DNA of 64,000 bases from Lytechinus pictus (Eukaryota): positions 9,364,001-9,428,000 of the forward strand of contig NC_087250.1 of NCBI RefSeq assembly GCF_037042905.1, given 5' to 3'. This document shows, piece after piece, positions 34,601 to 47,610 of the stretch. Numbering within the stretch: position 1 is the stretch's first letter; each line of letters starts with the position of its first letter. The position numbers and the translations under genes are program-made. The notes under the pieces are model-generated. The model was not told the origin of the DNA and made no database searches. It was given only the letters and a program-made list of their open reading frames with translations.

Positions 34601-37600
34601 GTAACGAAAAATATGCGAAGCTTTGGAACGGATATCTTTCTTATTTTTTCTCGATAAGAAGGAAATGCTATGCCTTGGAGGGCTTTCTTTGTTCTTTTTC
34701 TCAAAAAGACAAAAATGCTATGCCTTGGAACGGAAATTTGAGTGTAAAAATGGGGGTCCCCTCCGCGGCACATACCCACTATGCATTATATACTGAGTGC
34801 CCCCCCCCCCCGGGCCTACTGGGAGTGTATGCCTGGATTAATTCAGAGAGATATTTTGGAGTATATCCATGAAGAGATTTGAACGTAAGGAGTAGAATTT
34901 TGAATTGTATTCGAAATGTAATGGGGAGCCAGTGCAATTATATGGTCATGTTTTTTAGTGAGGGAAACTAGACGGGCTGCAGAGTTTTGAATAAGCCTGT
35001 TCACGGTTGTAAACTGCGCACGAGCAGAAAAAGGTCATTGGAGACAACCATGAAGGTGGCTTTCAAATTCACTGACATAGGCATTTGTGATTTGATGATT
35101 ATTCATGTATTCCTTTCAAAATATTTATCACATCCAAGCTGAAGAGTAATAAATAGAGCCTTCATAACCACTGGTATTTGACAGTAGCCTAAACAATAGT
35201 CAAATGTGCCAAAGGCAGACAATAAAACAGATTTCCAAACTTTATCCCTGATGTACTATTCTAGTCACCTGTACCGACCGCACATAAACGTTGTTGGTGC
35301 TAACAGAGCACTAACAGCACTGTTAGCGAGGTTTTGCCCGCACAGAAGCAAAGTGTTAGCCCAATCACTAGCTAGCGCTGTTAGACTAACATTACAAGGT
35401 CGCACAGAAGCTAACATTAGCGCTAATGTTTGAACTATTCACTAACAGTGCCAAGGGCACCGATAGTGACAATGTTAGTGAATATCTCTTGCGTGTCTTG
35501 CGTAAAACTTGTATATCAAGTGCTTTAAAATAGACCTAGATAGAATTAAAAGGGTACTCCAGTCCAGGGGCGGATCCAGTTTCTTCCAAAAGGGGCCCGG
35601 AAGGGGGGGGGCACATTTTCCCGAGAAAGAGTATGACAAGCAAAAAAAAAGGTTTACATCTAAAATTGAAGGTATTGTTGTCCCAACAAAAACTGACGTG
35701 CAAAAAAAATGGTATTTTATTGCTTCAAAGGGGGGGGGGCTGTCTTGGGTAAAAATGGCTGGCATGTTTACATTAAAAATGTTGATTATTGCTTTGGATC
35801 CGCCAATGCTCCAATCCCCAATACGTGTGGGAGAAAACATAATGAAATTAGATGAGAAGACTGTAATTACAATCAATAACATAATTCTTAAATGGAAAAT
35901 AATGAAGAATAATAAATAAAATATAAATTAAATGAAGAGAATAATGTACAGTATTTTTTAAAACAATGATGCCTATCATGCCACCATGAATATCCTAGAA
36001 TAGAATTACGAAGCCAAGTCCGATTTTCTTATTTCATAATTATTATTACCGTTGTTATTACCTTGTTTCCCCCCATTATGTACATGTTGTGATTATGATT
36101 GTGATTGCAAAACCAATATAAGTCATGAATAGAAAAGGTCCCATACCCCATTCCCCTTTTCCTGATTTTACCGTGAACTGGTAAATATGTTTCAACACTG
36201 CATGTAGGCTTATGTAAATCTTGTCAATGGTCATGATGATCACTGAAGCAGTGGTCATATTTACTTTCCACTGTAAGGACAATTTCAGTTTAAATGAACA
36301 CGATTTCATATACAAACATGGACCTATGAAGAGATGGACATTCATCGCATAGATAATGAATTCACTAACAGGTGACTGTAATTGTCATCTGAATAACATT
36401 CTCTTCATACTATAGTCTTCTTTGGTCATATGATCGTCACCGTGAGACGGGACTGAAGCAGTTCGTGATTGGACATTTATATTTCACAAATTATATGCGC
36501 AGTTGATAACAAATCAATGAAATAATGGAAAATTGATGTGCAGTTTTTGTTAACCTTTGGTAATCTTAGTTCCATGTGTTTTATTTGGGGAAATGTCCGC
36601 ATATTTTAATATAGAGGCAATATTGTGATTGATTGTTTACCATTTAAAATTCAATTTTCCCAAGTTTCTCCACAATATGCCAGATATACGTGGCACATAA
36701 CATTTATAGATCGTGTATTTTTCAGTGTTATTGAGGTCCTTATGTGTGAGCGGTAGTTAGCGGATCGAATAATATCATATTTTATGTCATAAAAATCGTC
36801 TGCTCCTCAAGTTTGCTGCTCCATTATTATGAAGCATGTTGACTGAAAGGCAAATGCTGAAACAAGTGTATCAGCCAACAAAAATCAGGACCGGGAAACT
36901 GTTTCGTATTTGAGTGATCAGATACACTTGGTAGTCATGGTAATTGCTAATGTAACAACACCGTATGTTCTCATTAAGATGCACATAACCAGATGACGGT
37001 GGCTATCATTGGATCAAAGAAATGCTCGCGTTAATCGTCCATCTTTTTCATTGGTCCATGATAAAAATTATGAAGTGGGGAAATGACAAATGACATCTTC
37101 AGCTCGCCTATAGTAAATATAATATATAATATAATTTTTACGTAAGTTATGCAAAACTATATCACATATTTTTAAATGCCTTTTTTATTTGATTAATGTT
37201 CAATTGTTTGTATGACTATACTCCACATCATGCTTCCCTATATACACACCTCCATAGACGGAAGTCATTCTTCCACTCTACGAGCAAACCTATACAGCCC
37301 CCTTCCCCTATCAAACAATTATTGACTTTTACCGTTAATATATCATTTTTTCATCGATGTTAAGGTCTATGTATTATATGTTAAAACATGGACCTACTAT
37401 GGTTAAAATAATCAGAATTCAGTAATTAACACCGCGGTACAATGTCATCACAAAGTAAGAATCAATGGTGCAAATCCGAGCCCCGGTTTAATGAGAATAA
37501 TACATTGAGCCTATGGGATAAAGGCCCTTACATTGTATCAATCCGCACATCATCACATAGATCACTATAGTACGTCATAGATTCTGCCTAACTATAAGGC

Positions 37601-40600
37601 TCAAACACACTAACAACACCTGTGCCTAACAGCGCTTTCTGTGCGTTCATTCTGCTCATGGTGTTAGTGGCTGATTTGTTAGTGACTTGTTAGCACCATG
37701 GACCTATGAAGAGATGGACGATTAACGCGAGCATTTCTTTGACCCAATGATAGTCACCGTCACCTGGTTATGCGCATCTTAATGAGAACATACAGGTGTT
37801 GTAACAATAGCAATTACCATGACTACCAAGGGTATCTGATCACTCAAAGACGGAACAGTTTCCCGGTCTTGACTTTTGTTGGCTGATCCCCTGTTTCAGT
37901 ATGTGCCTTTCAGTCAATTTGCTTCATATATGGATCAGCAAACTTGAGAAGCAGACGATTTTTATGATATAAAATATGATATTATTCGATCCGCTAACTA
38001 CCGCTCACACATAAGGACCTCAATAACATTGAAAGATACACGATCTACACATGTTATGTGCCACGTATATCTGGAATATTATGGAGAAACTTGGGAAAAT
38101 TGAATTTTAAATGGTAAACAATCAATCACAATATTGCCTCTATATCAAAATATGCAGACATTTCCCCAAATAAAACACATGGAACTAAGATTAACAAAGG
38201 TAAACAAAAACTGCACATCGATTATCCATTATTTCATTGATTTTCTATCAACTGCGCATATAATTTGTGAAATATAAATGTCCAATAACGAACTAATTCA
38301 GTCCCTTCTCACGGTGACGATCATAGGACCAAAGAAGACTAGTATGAAGAGAATGTTATTCAGATGACAATTACCGTCACCTGTTAGTTAATTCATTATC
38401 TAAGCGATGAATGTCCATCTCTTCATAGGTCCATGTTAGCACTAACAACACCTTCACTAACAGTGTTTCTGTGCGGTCGCTACTGGTCTATACAATGCCT
38501 TTTGTTCTTAGAATTTGAATACTCTACCGGTAAAGCTTACGCAATATCTACATTTGAAAATGATAGTGCTTATCCTAATGAAAAATCACAAAGGTCATTT
38601 GAGAAAAGTTGATACGAGCTAACCGTGAACTGGCTTATTACCTTCATACCGACCTTCGACAAAGTTGCATGTTATAGGCATTCGCTGAGTTGTATGATTT
38701 CTTCTGCGCCGCTGTGCGAAATCTCCCTATCGACTTCATTTGGTCGCAAGACATGTTTATATACCCTGAACGAAAAAGGTCTGTTTTCGGTCAAGCACTA
38801 AGAACATTTTGTCATTTAGGTGCCATTAGATTTGGCAGACACGAGTTTGTTTTCATTAGAATATATATATTTCATATTAAAAAGCGATACTGTGGTCAGC
38901 TTTCTCCCTATAAATCATAAAATGGCGTTCCATATGGTGTCCAAGTCATAGGCATGCTGGGAGTGACCCCCCCCCCCCCCCTTCCCCTTCTTTTTGGTTG
39001 TCAAAATTTCTTGACCCAAATCAGGAGTGAACTCCCCCCATCCTTTTAGGGGGAGGGGTGTCGATTCCTTTATATTTTTACAGCACCTCTTACCAACTCG
39101 TTCAAAGACAACTTCGACCTACACGCCAAGAGGTGAGCAATAATGCTATCATTCCCCCCTCGTGGGGGCGTCGTGCCCATCGTCGTCTAGTGGTTATGAT
39201 CCCCGTCTCTCTTTCTGAGGGACGTGGATTCAATTCCCAGCCATAGCATGTCTTCCTTCAGCAAGGAATGCATCAACCTTGTGTTAAACTCAACCTAGGT
39301 GTGGGGATCAATAGGTCTGGGTACCAGGTAACCAATTCCTCGAAGGCTCGAGCGCCTAATGGGCAGGGAAGCTAAAAATCGGCATTATAATAGCAGCGCT
39401 GTGTATCCTCAGGCAAAAAGGGATTTAAAAATCTAGGGGTCCGTTTCATAAAGCTGTTCGTAAGTTAAGAGCGACTTTAAGAACGACTGGTAATCCTTTC
39501 TTGTGGTAAATGACATTGACCATTACATGTACATTGGTGATTATTTAGCGTGTAAGAAAGGTTCACCAGTCGTTATTAAAGTCGCTCTTAACTTACGAAC
39601 AGCTTTATGAAACACCCACCTGCTATTATTATTTTTCCCCATACTCACCGGTGTCGCAAGTAAGGGTGGCCGCTGTCCTGAAGTTGCATCGACTATCCCC
39701 TGTTTGACCGTAATTACAGGAGAGGACGCTCTGCTCTTCGCCCTGGCAGTCCAGTCCTTCCATCACAATGGGAATCTGAAAGATTTCTTGCGCGTTCGGG
39801 TACGTGTCATCGCCGTTGGGTCCCGCGTAGCGACCAAAAGACGAAGCGCCGCTGTTGAAGCCGAGGAGCTCGCAGACCCTGTCGCCACCAGCTTGTGTGA
39901 AGCCTTTTACGCACACTCGGCCCCACTGGTTGTTAACAAGCACTTCCAGAACACCCTCGCTGCCGTCCACGCTACCGTCCTCGGCTACAAGACGAAGGCC
40001 TGGGTGAAGTTTTAAAAGGCAATACAGGTCATTGAGATACAATAGGATTAAGCACGAAACACTGTTAGTTCTTGACCTAAATTGCTTACTAACACGCATT
40101 ATTTAACAAGCGTACTAACAAACCAAACGAATATGAGTAAAACGCGGTAGATATATGCTACACCTAGGCGGATCCAGGATTCGTTTATTAAGGGGCGGCA
40201 TTTGTACACGATGGTTATTTACTTAAAACAAGTGAAACGCCTCTGGCACAGAAGAAAACACTCATATGATAAAAAGTATTATGTCCAATGACCCAAAATG
40301 ACCTTTGACCATGATCATGTGACCTAAGACATGCGCAAAACAATCATCCATGCGCAAAACAATCATCCATACTTGATTACCCTATGTCGATGTTTCATGA
40401 GCTGGATCCATAAATATTATAAGTTATGATGCAAATTCAACACATACTCCCAACACGGCCAGAGTTCATTGACCTTTAAATGACCTTTGATCTTGGCCAT
40501 GTTCCTGAAACGCACACAGGGACATACGTAGTTTTGCCTGATAAGAATTTGCAATGCACAAGGACATACGTATTTTTGCCTGATAAAACTTTGCAATGCG

Positions 40601-43600
40601 CAGGACATACGTAGTTTTGCCTGATCAAAAGCTAGGAGTGTAGTCGTCGATTTAATCAGGTAAAAGCTCGTAAGTTTTAAAAACTGAAGAAAATTACAAG
40701 ATTTAATGAGGAAATCAAATATTTTTTTGGCCCGATTCCTTATGTTCCACAGGACAAAGGAAACAAAAAAGTCCGATACACCATTCTCCATTTTTTCAAA
40801 GAAAGCTAAAGAAGCAATTTTGAATTTTTAAGCTCGAATATCTCGGAATCGCGTAAAAGGAGATACGTAGTTCTGCCAGATCACGACCGTATAATCGTAA
40901 ATACTGAGTGACCATGTCGTTTCTATGCGTAAACTTGTCGTGGACCACACTGTCATGGTTTGCGCGATCGAATCATGCCCATGGGGCCACCGAAATCCGC
41001 GAATTGTGCACAAGTGTTGTAGCCAAAGACCTTATAACAGCACGCTTACCTGTTTCACAGATAACGCCAACATCACGGTCGTGATCACATCCGGGTTGCA
41101 CCTCTGGGAACCTGCCACACATGAAAAGATGTCTGTCATTCGGAGAGCAGTCGACCCCGTCCATACTAACAAGACCGGTCCCTTGGCCGTAAAAGGCCGC
41201 GGGTTTGATGGCCATAGCTCCACGCGGATATCCAAGCTGCTTGCACACGACGTCCCCGTCCGTCTTTCCGAATAACCGATCGCAGACCGTGCTCGTTCGA
41301 TACCCTCGCCCTAGCTGGATGCGTCCGCGAGAACTTGTCGGGTTACCGCCTGCGTCAAGCAGAAGAATACCTGGGGGGACAACAATCATGACAATGCTAT
41401 ATCACGGCTCCATCACTGCAATGATCAAGACACAAAGTCACAAACAGCGGCAGTTTGAGATCCCACCCCCCCCCCCCAAAAAAAAATAATAATAATAATA
41501 CAGATAATAGATACACAAATAAAGAAAGAAATAAACAAATATGAAATGAATGCATGAATAAATGGAAAAGAACAAAATAATGAGAAAAATGATAACCCTG
41601 AAAAAAAAACAAATATAAACACAAAAAATTTAAAAAAAATGTTGGTGGACCGAAGGTTTGGACCGAACAAACAATTATTGCAAATACGTCGTTATCCAGA
41701 GTCACACAAAGACCCTGTTGTCCAGGTCCAACAACTTTCGACCAAAGCCTCTCGGCTCTCAATTTTGATTTGACTTGTATTTTCAAAGGAATTGGTGCCT
41801 TGTAGAGAGCGGTCGCGTCGTGTTTGCGAAAAGCTTCTAATAACAAAATATGTACCTGAAACCTCGCATGTTACTCCGACGTCATCTCTATGGCCGCAAC
41901 GCGAATGGACGGTATCTGATCGGGAGCAGCTGAGGACATCCGGGACCGTGTCCGGTGAAAGGTTACCACATGCTAGCCCACTGATGTGGATCGGTCCCGT
42001 TCCCTCACCGAATACGGTAGAACTGTAGAACTGCTTGGCCCTTGCTGTGACACTGAGCACCTGTCACAAGAAATGAATTCGCCATGATCAATTTCATCAC
42101 CGAATCGAATCGATTTTGCGATCAAACTAGATTGTCAAAACTCCTTGGATGGGGCGCATCTGACCGTATCCCCGCCCCTCTCCCTTTTGAGAGCCATGAA
42201 AATATTTGTAGTGGAAAGTGTCGCGCATACGATAGTGATTAGTGAATACCCATTTATTTCATTTTATGTTGTTTTTTCTGAATAACATCCCCTTGGAAAA
42301 TCCTGGAAGAGTTTTTAGTTTGGACCATTATAACTATATTGTTTACACGATAATACTAGAGTCGTGTCATTGGTTTTTTTTTCTCCGTTGATTCTTTCGG
42401 AAATGAAATAACTACGACTTTGAAGGTCTATATAAACGGACGTAAAGGGCATCAACACTTTACAGGGTGTTTACGCCCTCTACGTTCGTTGGTCTATGAT
42501 TTAATTGCAAAATAACATGACGTCAATAAAGCGTCGTTGCGCTCCATTATCAAAATACCTTGGCATCACACATGTTATAATATATAACATTCAGATATGA
42601 ATACAACAATATTTGACTAGAAACAACAGTTCTGTACTACGATTGAAGGCATCCATGATCCTTCAGATCTGTTAGTTTCTCTAACAAATTGGCTATGTTA
42701 AAATTCGAACAATCTTACGCAGAATTATGGAAAATAATAAAATGATATTTGGCAAACCATTATTTTTTTTCAGGAACATTTTCAATTACAAGTTTTATTG
42801 ATAAATATATCTTAGACAAGAAAATGACCATCCGTTTATAGTGTAATCCCGCGTGTTCTTTTATGTGTTAGCTACAAAAGGAAAATCCCGTGGCAATGAA
42901 GTGATTATAACTTCAGACAACCAAGCCTAAATTAATTAAATTGCTTTGTTGTTTAAATTAGCATGACGTATACAATTTTCTTGCAACATTATATTTTCAT
43001 TTCAGGGTTTTTTTATCACAAAGACTAAAGTGTGACTGTGGGGGTGTTGCAATAAACTATTTGCAATCAATTGCACACATTCTTTTGCAATTTTAGAATT
43101 TATAAATCAATTTTAAGTAGAGCATATCAGATAAGACTGTTTCAAGAAGCAGTTTGGCAATGAATCTCAAATTCTCAATTAATTTCAAAACGTATGATTG
43201 ATTTAGCAACCAAAAATAGCCTTGCAACTGATCGCAAGTTTCTTGCGACGCCCCATTCACGCTTAAATTTCCAGTTTTGTGCTGTATAAAAGGCATTGCT
43301 GCATTGGTTAAATCATGGTAAGAGGGTTCGCACGAATGCGTATTAACCAATACGATTGCGCGTTACATATCATGCGCGCATCAGTAGTATGACTCTAATA
43401 CCGTGTTTACACTTGATCGGCTTTTGGTTCAGAACCAAAAGCCGAAGCAGAATCGGCTTTTGGTTTGAGTTTACACGTTGTTACAGCTCGCGGTTCAGAA
43501 CCGCGAGCCGATATGATGCAAAAACCTGAAATGATACGCACACCAACAATATACGTCATAATAAAGACAACGCTGGATCAGTGCGCTTACAATTACGTCA

Positions 43601-44927
43601 CAATGGTAAAGTAAATGAAATGCGCACAAATTGCCGATGCAGAATCGGCTTTCTATTTACACGTAGTAAAAAAGCCGATTCTGCATCAGCTCGCGGTTCT
43701 GAACCTATTACTTTGGTGGTGCAAATTGCCGGTTCTGAACCGCGAGCCGATGGAAGTTACTCGCGTTTGTAACACGCTATGAAAAAGCCGATGCTGCATC
43801 GGCTCGCGGTTCAGAACCGCGAGCCGATTCAAAAGCCGATTAAGTGTAAACACGGTATAAGTCACACTTAAGGCCATCGCACACCTTACGACTGTTCACG
43901 ATCCGATTTTGGAACAAATCGCATTTTGCTCATTTCTGAAAATGTGAATGAAACATATCATTTTATTTGAGGTTAAAATTAATTGAAAGAATACTAATAT
44001 AACCATTTTGAAAGATCGCAAGCCTTTATTTTGGAGTAAAGGCCAAATTAGTTTCAAATCGTAGCCAATCGTACGACTGCTATGACGTCATTACGACTAG
44101 ATATTAAATTCGCTTTTATTCTAAGAAGGATGATAGCATATTCACATATTTAAATATAGGTATTCGTATGATGATTGAGAGCCATATCTCAATATTAGCA
44201 TCAAATTCTACTACGTTTTATTCCAAAATCGGGTCGCAGACCAATCGTAAGGTGTGCGGTCGCCTTAAGGCGCATCCCAGTACTCGAACATAGCTTTCAA
44301 AAGAAATCATAATTTGAGTCTTACTTGGGCACAGACCATGTTAGCATCACGTGAGTCGAATCCAGTAGTACAAATTGTTCCCCATTCCCCATCTTTAAAT
44401 ATCTCCACCCGACCTTCAGTGGTGGCGAGTCCTCCATGCCTTGCAGCAAGTCGAATCGCTATTTGAAAAATAATATGAATATTAGTTGTATTTGTAGCTG
44501 CATGCAGTATTAAAGTATTAGTAGTAGGAGTAGTAGTAGTAGTAGTATATAGTAGTAGTAGCAGCAGCAGTAGTAGTAGTAGTAGTAGGAGCAGCAGTAC
44601 TAGCATTATCAGTAGTAATAGTAGTAGTAGTAGGCCTAGTTGTATAGTAGTAGTAGCAGCAGTTGTCGTAGAAGTAACAGTGGATACGTAGCAGCTAGTA
44701 GTAATTAAGTAGCAGGCTAGCAGCTAGAAGTAAAAGTAGTAGTAGTTGTAGTAGTAGTAGTAGTAGTAGTGGTAGCAGTAGTAGCAGTAGTAGCAGTAGT
44801 AGCAGCAGTAGTAGTAGTAGCAGTGGTAGTAGTGGCAGTAGTAGTGGCAGTAGTAGTAGTAGTAGTAGTAGTAGTAGAAGTAGTAGTGGTAGTATCAGTA
44901 TAGTAGTAGTAGCAGCAGTAGTAGTAA

Positions 44928-44963
<36 letters not shown>

Positions 44964-47610
44964 GCCTAGTAGTAGGAGTGGTAATAGAAGTATAGTAGTA
45001 CCAGTAGTAGTAGAATACATAGCAGCTAGTAGTATTATCTACCTTTACAAGATGCATATCCATCAAACTCATGGCCGCATTGGTAGACATCATCACCGTC
45101 AAAGGCATCACTGCACTCAGCGAAGCTGCTCTCATTTCCCACGCACTTCACCATGTCTTTCCAGATTGGTACGTAATGCGGAACCGCGTCGCCACTTCCG
45201 ACTGAAGCCCCGATGGCCCCGGGGAACCCCAATTCGGTACAGACTTGTTGGGCCTCTGTCATGCCCCACCCTGGGTTGCACGCCGTACCCCATACGCCAT
45301 CGCGTAGGACCTCAACTCGCCCGCTGCTAACCGGCGTGTCACCGTTCTCATCAACCAGGCGTACATCTGTGTAGAAAATAGAAATAATCTTTACAGAGCT
45401 TTAACAGCTAGGATATTGGACTTGTAGCAAGACGTTTCCCCAAACAAAACGAATTAAGGACGTTCGACAGTTAAAGTAAAATCCATGTCATTTTCACCAA
45501 ACTTTGCATATAGATACTTTAGCACCTGAATATTACAAATATGTAAAAATTATGGGTCCATGTGCTTAATTTTTGCTATATAGGGCGATTCCATGCTAGA
45601 ACAATCAGCCATTTTCACAACATTTATCAACCTGCTGTCCAAACGAACGAAGAACTTCAATTTGCTTTGTGGTAATATTAAAGTACTACTGGGTGGACAT
45701 GCAAAAAACTGACAACCAATAAAAATATGTCGTCCATAGGTGAATTAGAGCTTAAAATGTTGCGTGTCGTACGACACACAACATTTTCACCTATAATTTA
45801 ACCATAATCAAATTTTTTGTGTTGCTTATTAGTTTTTCACATGACTACCCACTATAGCTTTATCACTGACAAAACAAATATTTTATTGCTCAAGCATTCG
45901 GCTAAGAAACTAGAAATTGTTGTCAAAATGTCCCGTACGAGTCGGACACGTATGGAATCGCCCTATAGAGCTTCAAAGTTCACCCAAATGGATGTTTTTA
46001 AGAATTGCGCATTCAAAAGAATTTGGCATTTTTAGACCTCACGAGATCACTACAATGAGTTTAAACCTTTATTACTCAGTCGAAATCTATGAAAATTTCA
46101 TAAAATTTCGCAATAAAGTTAATGATTGTATCCTTAAAATGTATATTCTATTTATAGTGCTATTTGTTTGCTCTCTTAAGTCTAAAAGCACTGTCAGTTC
46201 TTAAAAAATGGTGTGAAAGATAACAAATACCCAGTGTCAAAAATGTGAAATTTCAATAACAAACTTGAGAAATACAATAATGCTTCACTTTATTCAAAAC
46301 CCATGTCATTTTCACCAAACTTTGCAAAGTTGTAGAGGAAGGTATACCCAAAAGGTACAAACATTAAAAAATATGGGTTCATGTGCTCGTTTTCAAACTA
46401 TCAGCACTTTTATTAAAGCAAATTTGCTTTTTAAAACATCAAAAACGCGCCAAATGCTTTGCATCTATTTGAGGAAAAATTCCAAACCAATCTACCATTT
46501 ATTCAAATTCGGGGTTATATTCGTCAAACTTTTCAGCAATGCAGAGAAGAATTTTGAAATTGTAGAAGTATTAAAAAATGGTCCATGGAATAATTCCAGT
46601 TTAATGGCTTCATAAAATATCACATTGGATCTGCGGTTAGAGTGCAGATAATGAGAAAAATCAGCTCATACCTACAGCTGATTAATCACCTGTTCATCCA
46701 TTGTGACGTAAGCGCACAGAGTGTAAAATATGGGCAGATCATGATGCGCACAAAGTTACTATGGAACGTCCTTAAGGTATCAAAAATACCATCCACCCTC
46801 AACATAATAATGACCAGGCGCGGATCGAGACTAAAAGTTTTGAGGGACTCTGGGGGCTTGGGAACTTGTCGACGTAGGTTTCTTTAATACCATAGAAAAG
46901 CTTGGTCGCTTTGCTCCCTTGGTTTTGAGTTTCTTCAAATTTGTATCCTTCTTGACCCCATGAAACAGAAATGCGTACGGTCATGCCTAGTAGGGCCACG
47001 TCTAACAAGATCACATGTAATTGGCAGCTTAACGGTTATGGGGGGAGGGGTCAAGCGGTAAATGACACATCTATCCCCCCCCCCCCTCCATACTCATTTG
47101 TGCACTACTTTGCATTAATAATTAGGCCTACTAGTTGCTACCCGAGGGTGAATCGAAGTCACACAGAAGTACTGGTCACTGTAAAAACGCCGCTGGAAAT
47201 ATTTAGCGCGTTCTTTAATTAGACCGGACATTCTTACAAACATCGTGACTATTGTTTTGAGTTTTAAACAAGCTTCTTCAATTTTTTAAGAAAATGTTGA
47301 AGCTTTTATACAGGGTTGTTTAAAAATACTTATTAAGTTTAAAAAATAAAGAAAACAAAAATATTTTTTTTAAGTTTAGTGTTAGAATGACGGGCATAAG
47401 GGAGGGAGGGAGGGAAAGTGGATGAGGATAAAGAAGGAGGCACTTAACCCGAGCCAGGATAGACTAAAAACCGACATGAGATTAGAGAATAATGGATGAA
47501 GAGAGAGTGTGTGTTTGCCAGGAAAGGGGTTAGAGCAAAAAGCACTTACCCTGAGCCAGGGTGGCTGCCGCTAACAAGCTGCCGAGGAGTAGAGACAAAG
47601 TTGTCTGCAT
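28568..47610 (-). CDS. Secreted scavenger receptor cysteine-rich protein: signal peptide, 4 group-A SRCR domains, short acidic tail; 8 exons, 503 aa
   Basis: Exons 47610-47550, 45366-45043, 44458-44325, 42060-41856, 41370-41050, 39999-39649, 32580-32537, 28639-28568. Introns are GT-AG with matching phases (1,1,0,1,1,1,0), total 1512 nt ending in TAA. GRVEV...WGTxC motifs and 6 Cys per domain. Confidence 0.88.
28760..29166 (+). mobile_element. Non-LTR retrotransposon 3' fragment (post-RT C-terminus)
   Basis: LGWMSLEERRRNHRIINLYKIIHG...NSFFPEAISHWNNL, with caaggtacaaggta tail. Confidence 0.8.
29480..31793. mobile_element. 2.3-kb non-autonomous DNA transposon with 4-bp TSD (Sola2-like GGG...CCC ends)
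   Basis: TIR gggcattttcac / gtgaaaatgccc flanked by ATAG on both sides. About 9 internal gtaatgtcagttacc motifs. Confidence 0.8.
32287..32525. mobile_element. TA-flanked MITE related to family A
   Basis: ta-cacagcaaaaact ... agtttttacagtg-ta. Confidence 0.75.
32537..32580 (-). CDS. SRCR gene 44-nt exon 7
   Basis: Strong acceptor ttattttctatttag and donor GTAAGT. APGPAKKELSMGDDM, phase 1-0. Confidence 0.7.
32918..33228 (-). mobile_element. LINE 3'UTR/tail fragment
   Basis: (AAATC)n tail after AATAAA. Near-identical inverted copy at 48604-48908. Confidence 0.7.
33229..33775. mobile_element. MITE with poly-G/poly-C termini
   Basis: TIR ggggtcacttccattgacgagtggataccatg / catggtatccactcgtcaaagtaagtgcccc. 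Confidence 0.8.
34000..34988 (-). mobile_element. Decayed L2/CR1-like LINE 3' end interrupted by a MITE
   Basis: Minus-strand translation ...LHWLP...PKYLSELIQAYTP | ...FRSNLKAYL, followed by an (ATT)n tail. Confidence 0.6.
34270..34814. mobile_element. MITE with CCCGGG ends and 8-bp TSD (hAT-like)
   Basis: cccgggggggggggcactc / gagtgcccccccccccccggg, with CCTACTGG duplicated at 34262 and 34815. Confidence 0.9.
36317..37060 (+). mobile_element. MITE family H (CATGG...CCATG, 7-bp TSD, P-element-like)
   Basis: TIR catggacctatgaagagatggac, flanks ATACAAA / ATAAAAA. Confidence 0.85.
37697..38435 (-). mobile_element. MITE family H, inverted copy
   Basis: Reverse complement of 36317-37060 with perfect TTAGCAC TSD. 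Confidence 0.9.
39163..39435 (+). mobile_element. tRNA-derived SINE
   Basis: tRNA-like head (ggattcaattccc B box) plus a body shared with 49197 and 49804. Confidence 0.7.
39436..39617. mobile_element. MITE family C
   Basis: Near-perfect long TIRs. Confidence 0.88.
39649..39999 (-). CDS. SRCR domain 4 exon
   Basis: LRLVAEDGSVDGSEGVLEVLVNNQWGRVC...VCELLGF...LDCQGEEQSVLSC...TLTCD, phase 1-1. Confidence 0.93.
40517..40625. repeat. Three ~43-bp tandem units
   Basis: ggacatacgta.ttttgcctgat repeated three times. Confidence 0.8.
41050..41370 (-). CDS. SRCR domain 3 exon
   Basis: TVCDRLFGKTDGDVVCKQLGY...YGQGTG...CDHDRDVGVICE, phase 1-1. Confidence 0.93.
41856..42060 (-). CDS. SRCR domain 2, C-terminal half
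   Basis: FGEGTGPIHISGLAC...CGHRDDVGVTCE, phase 0-1. Confidence 0.92.
43399..43857. mobile_element. MITE family F (taccgtgtttacact TIR, TAA TSD, Harbinger-like)
   Basis: TIRs and TAA duplication. Internal palindromes gctcgcggttc(a/t)gaaccgcgagc. Confidence 0.88.
43872..44264. mobile_element. MITE family E
   Basis: TTAA on both sides, similar to 22769-23173. Confidence 0.9.
44325..44458 (-). CDS. SRCR domain 2, N-terminal half
   Basis: IRLAARHGGLATTEGRVEIFKDGEWGTICTTGFDSRDANMVCAQ, phase 1-0. Confidence 0.92.
44515..45034. repeat. (GTA/GCA)n microsatellite filling most of SRCR intron 2
   Basis: About 520 bp imperfect trinucleotide repeat. Confidence 0.95.
45043..45366 (-). CDS. SRCR domain 1 exon
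   Basis: VRLVDENG...SGRVEVLRDGVWGTACNPGWGMTEAQQVCTELGF...CGHEFDGYASCK, phase 1-1. Confidence 0.93.
45458..46771. mobile_element. 1.3-kb TTAA-flanked non-autonomous transposon (Kolobok-like)
   Basis: ttaa-ggacgttc ... gaacgtcc-ttaa. Internal repeats of ccatgtcattttcaccaaactttgca. Confidence 0.75.
47550..47610 (-). CDS. SRCR gene exon 1: signal peptide
   Basis: MQTTLSLLLGSLLAAATLAQG, ATG in accATGC context, donor GTAAGT, phase 1. Confidence 0.82.

Larger units (their letters stand above)
34990..38639. mobile_element. Family R-related element expanded by nested insertions
   Basis: TIR aataagcctgttcacggtt / aaccgtgaactggcttatt. Contains a second TIR pair at 35277/38477. Confidence 0.7.

Noticed and set aside
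34157..34872. GC-rich overlapping ORFs as an extra gene or exon
   Set aside because: They lie within a TSD-flanked MITE and decayed LINE, with no recognisable protein motif.
44307..45135. Poly-Leu/poly-Thr ORFs as membrane or mucin segments of the SRCR protein
   Set aside because: They are translations of the intronic (GTA)n microsatellite, and the spliced model keeps frame without them.
28568..47610. Naming the SRCR gene as speract receptor or DMBT1
   Set aside because: No TM segment, and no CUB or ZP domains. Orthology cannot be assigned without a search.
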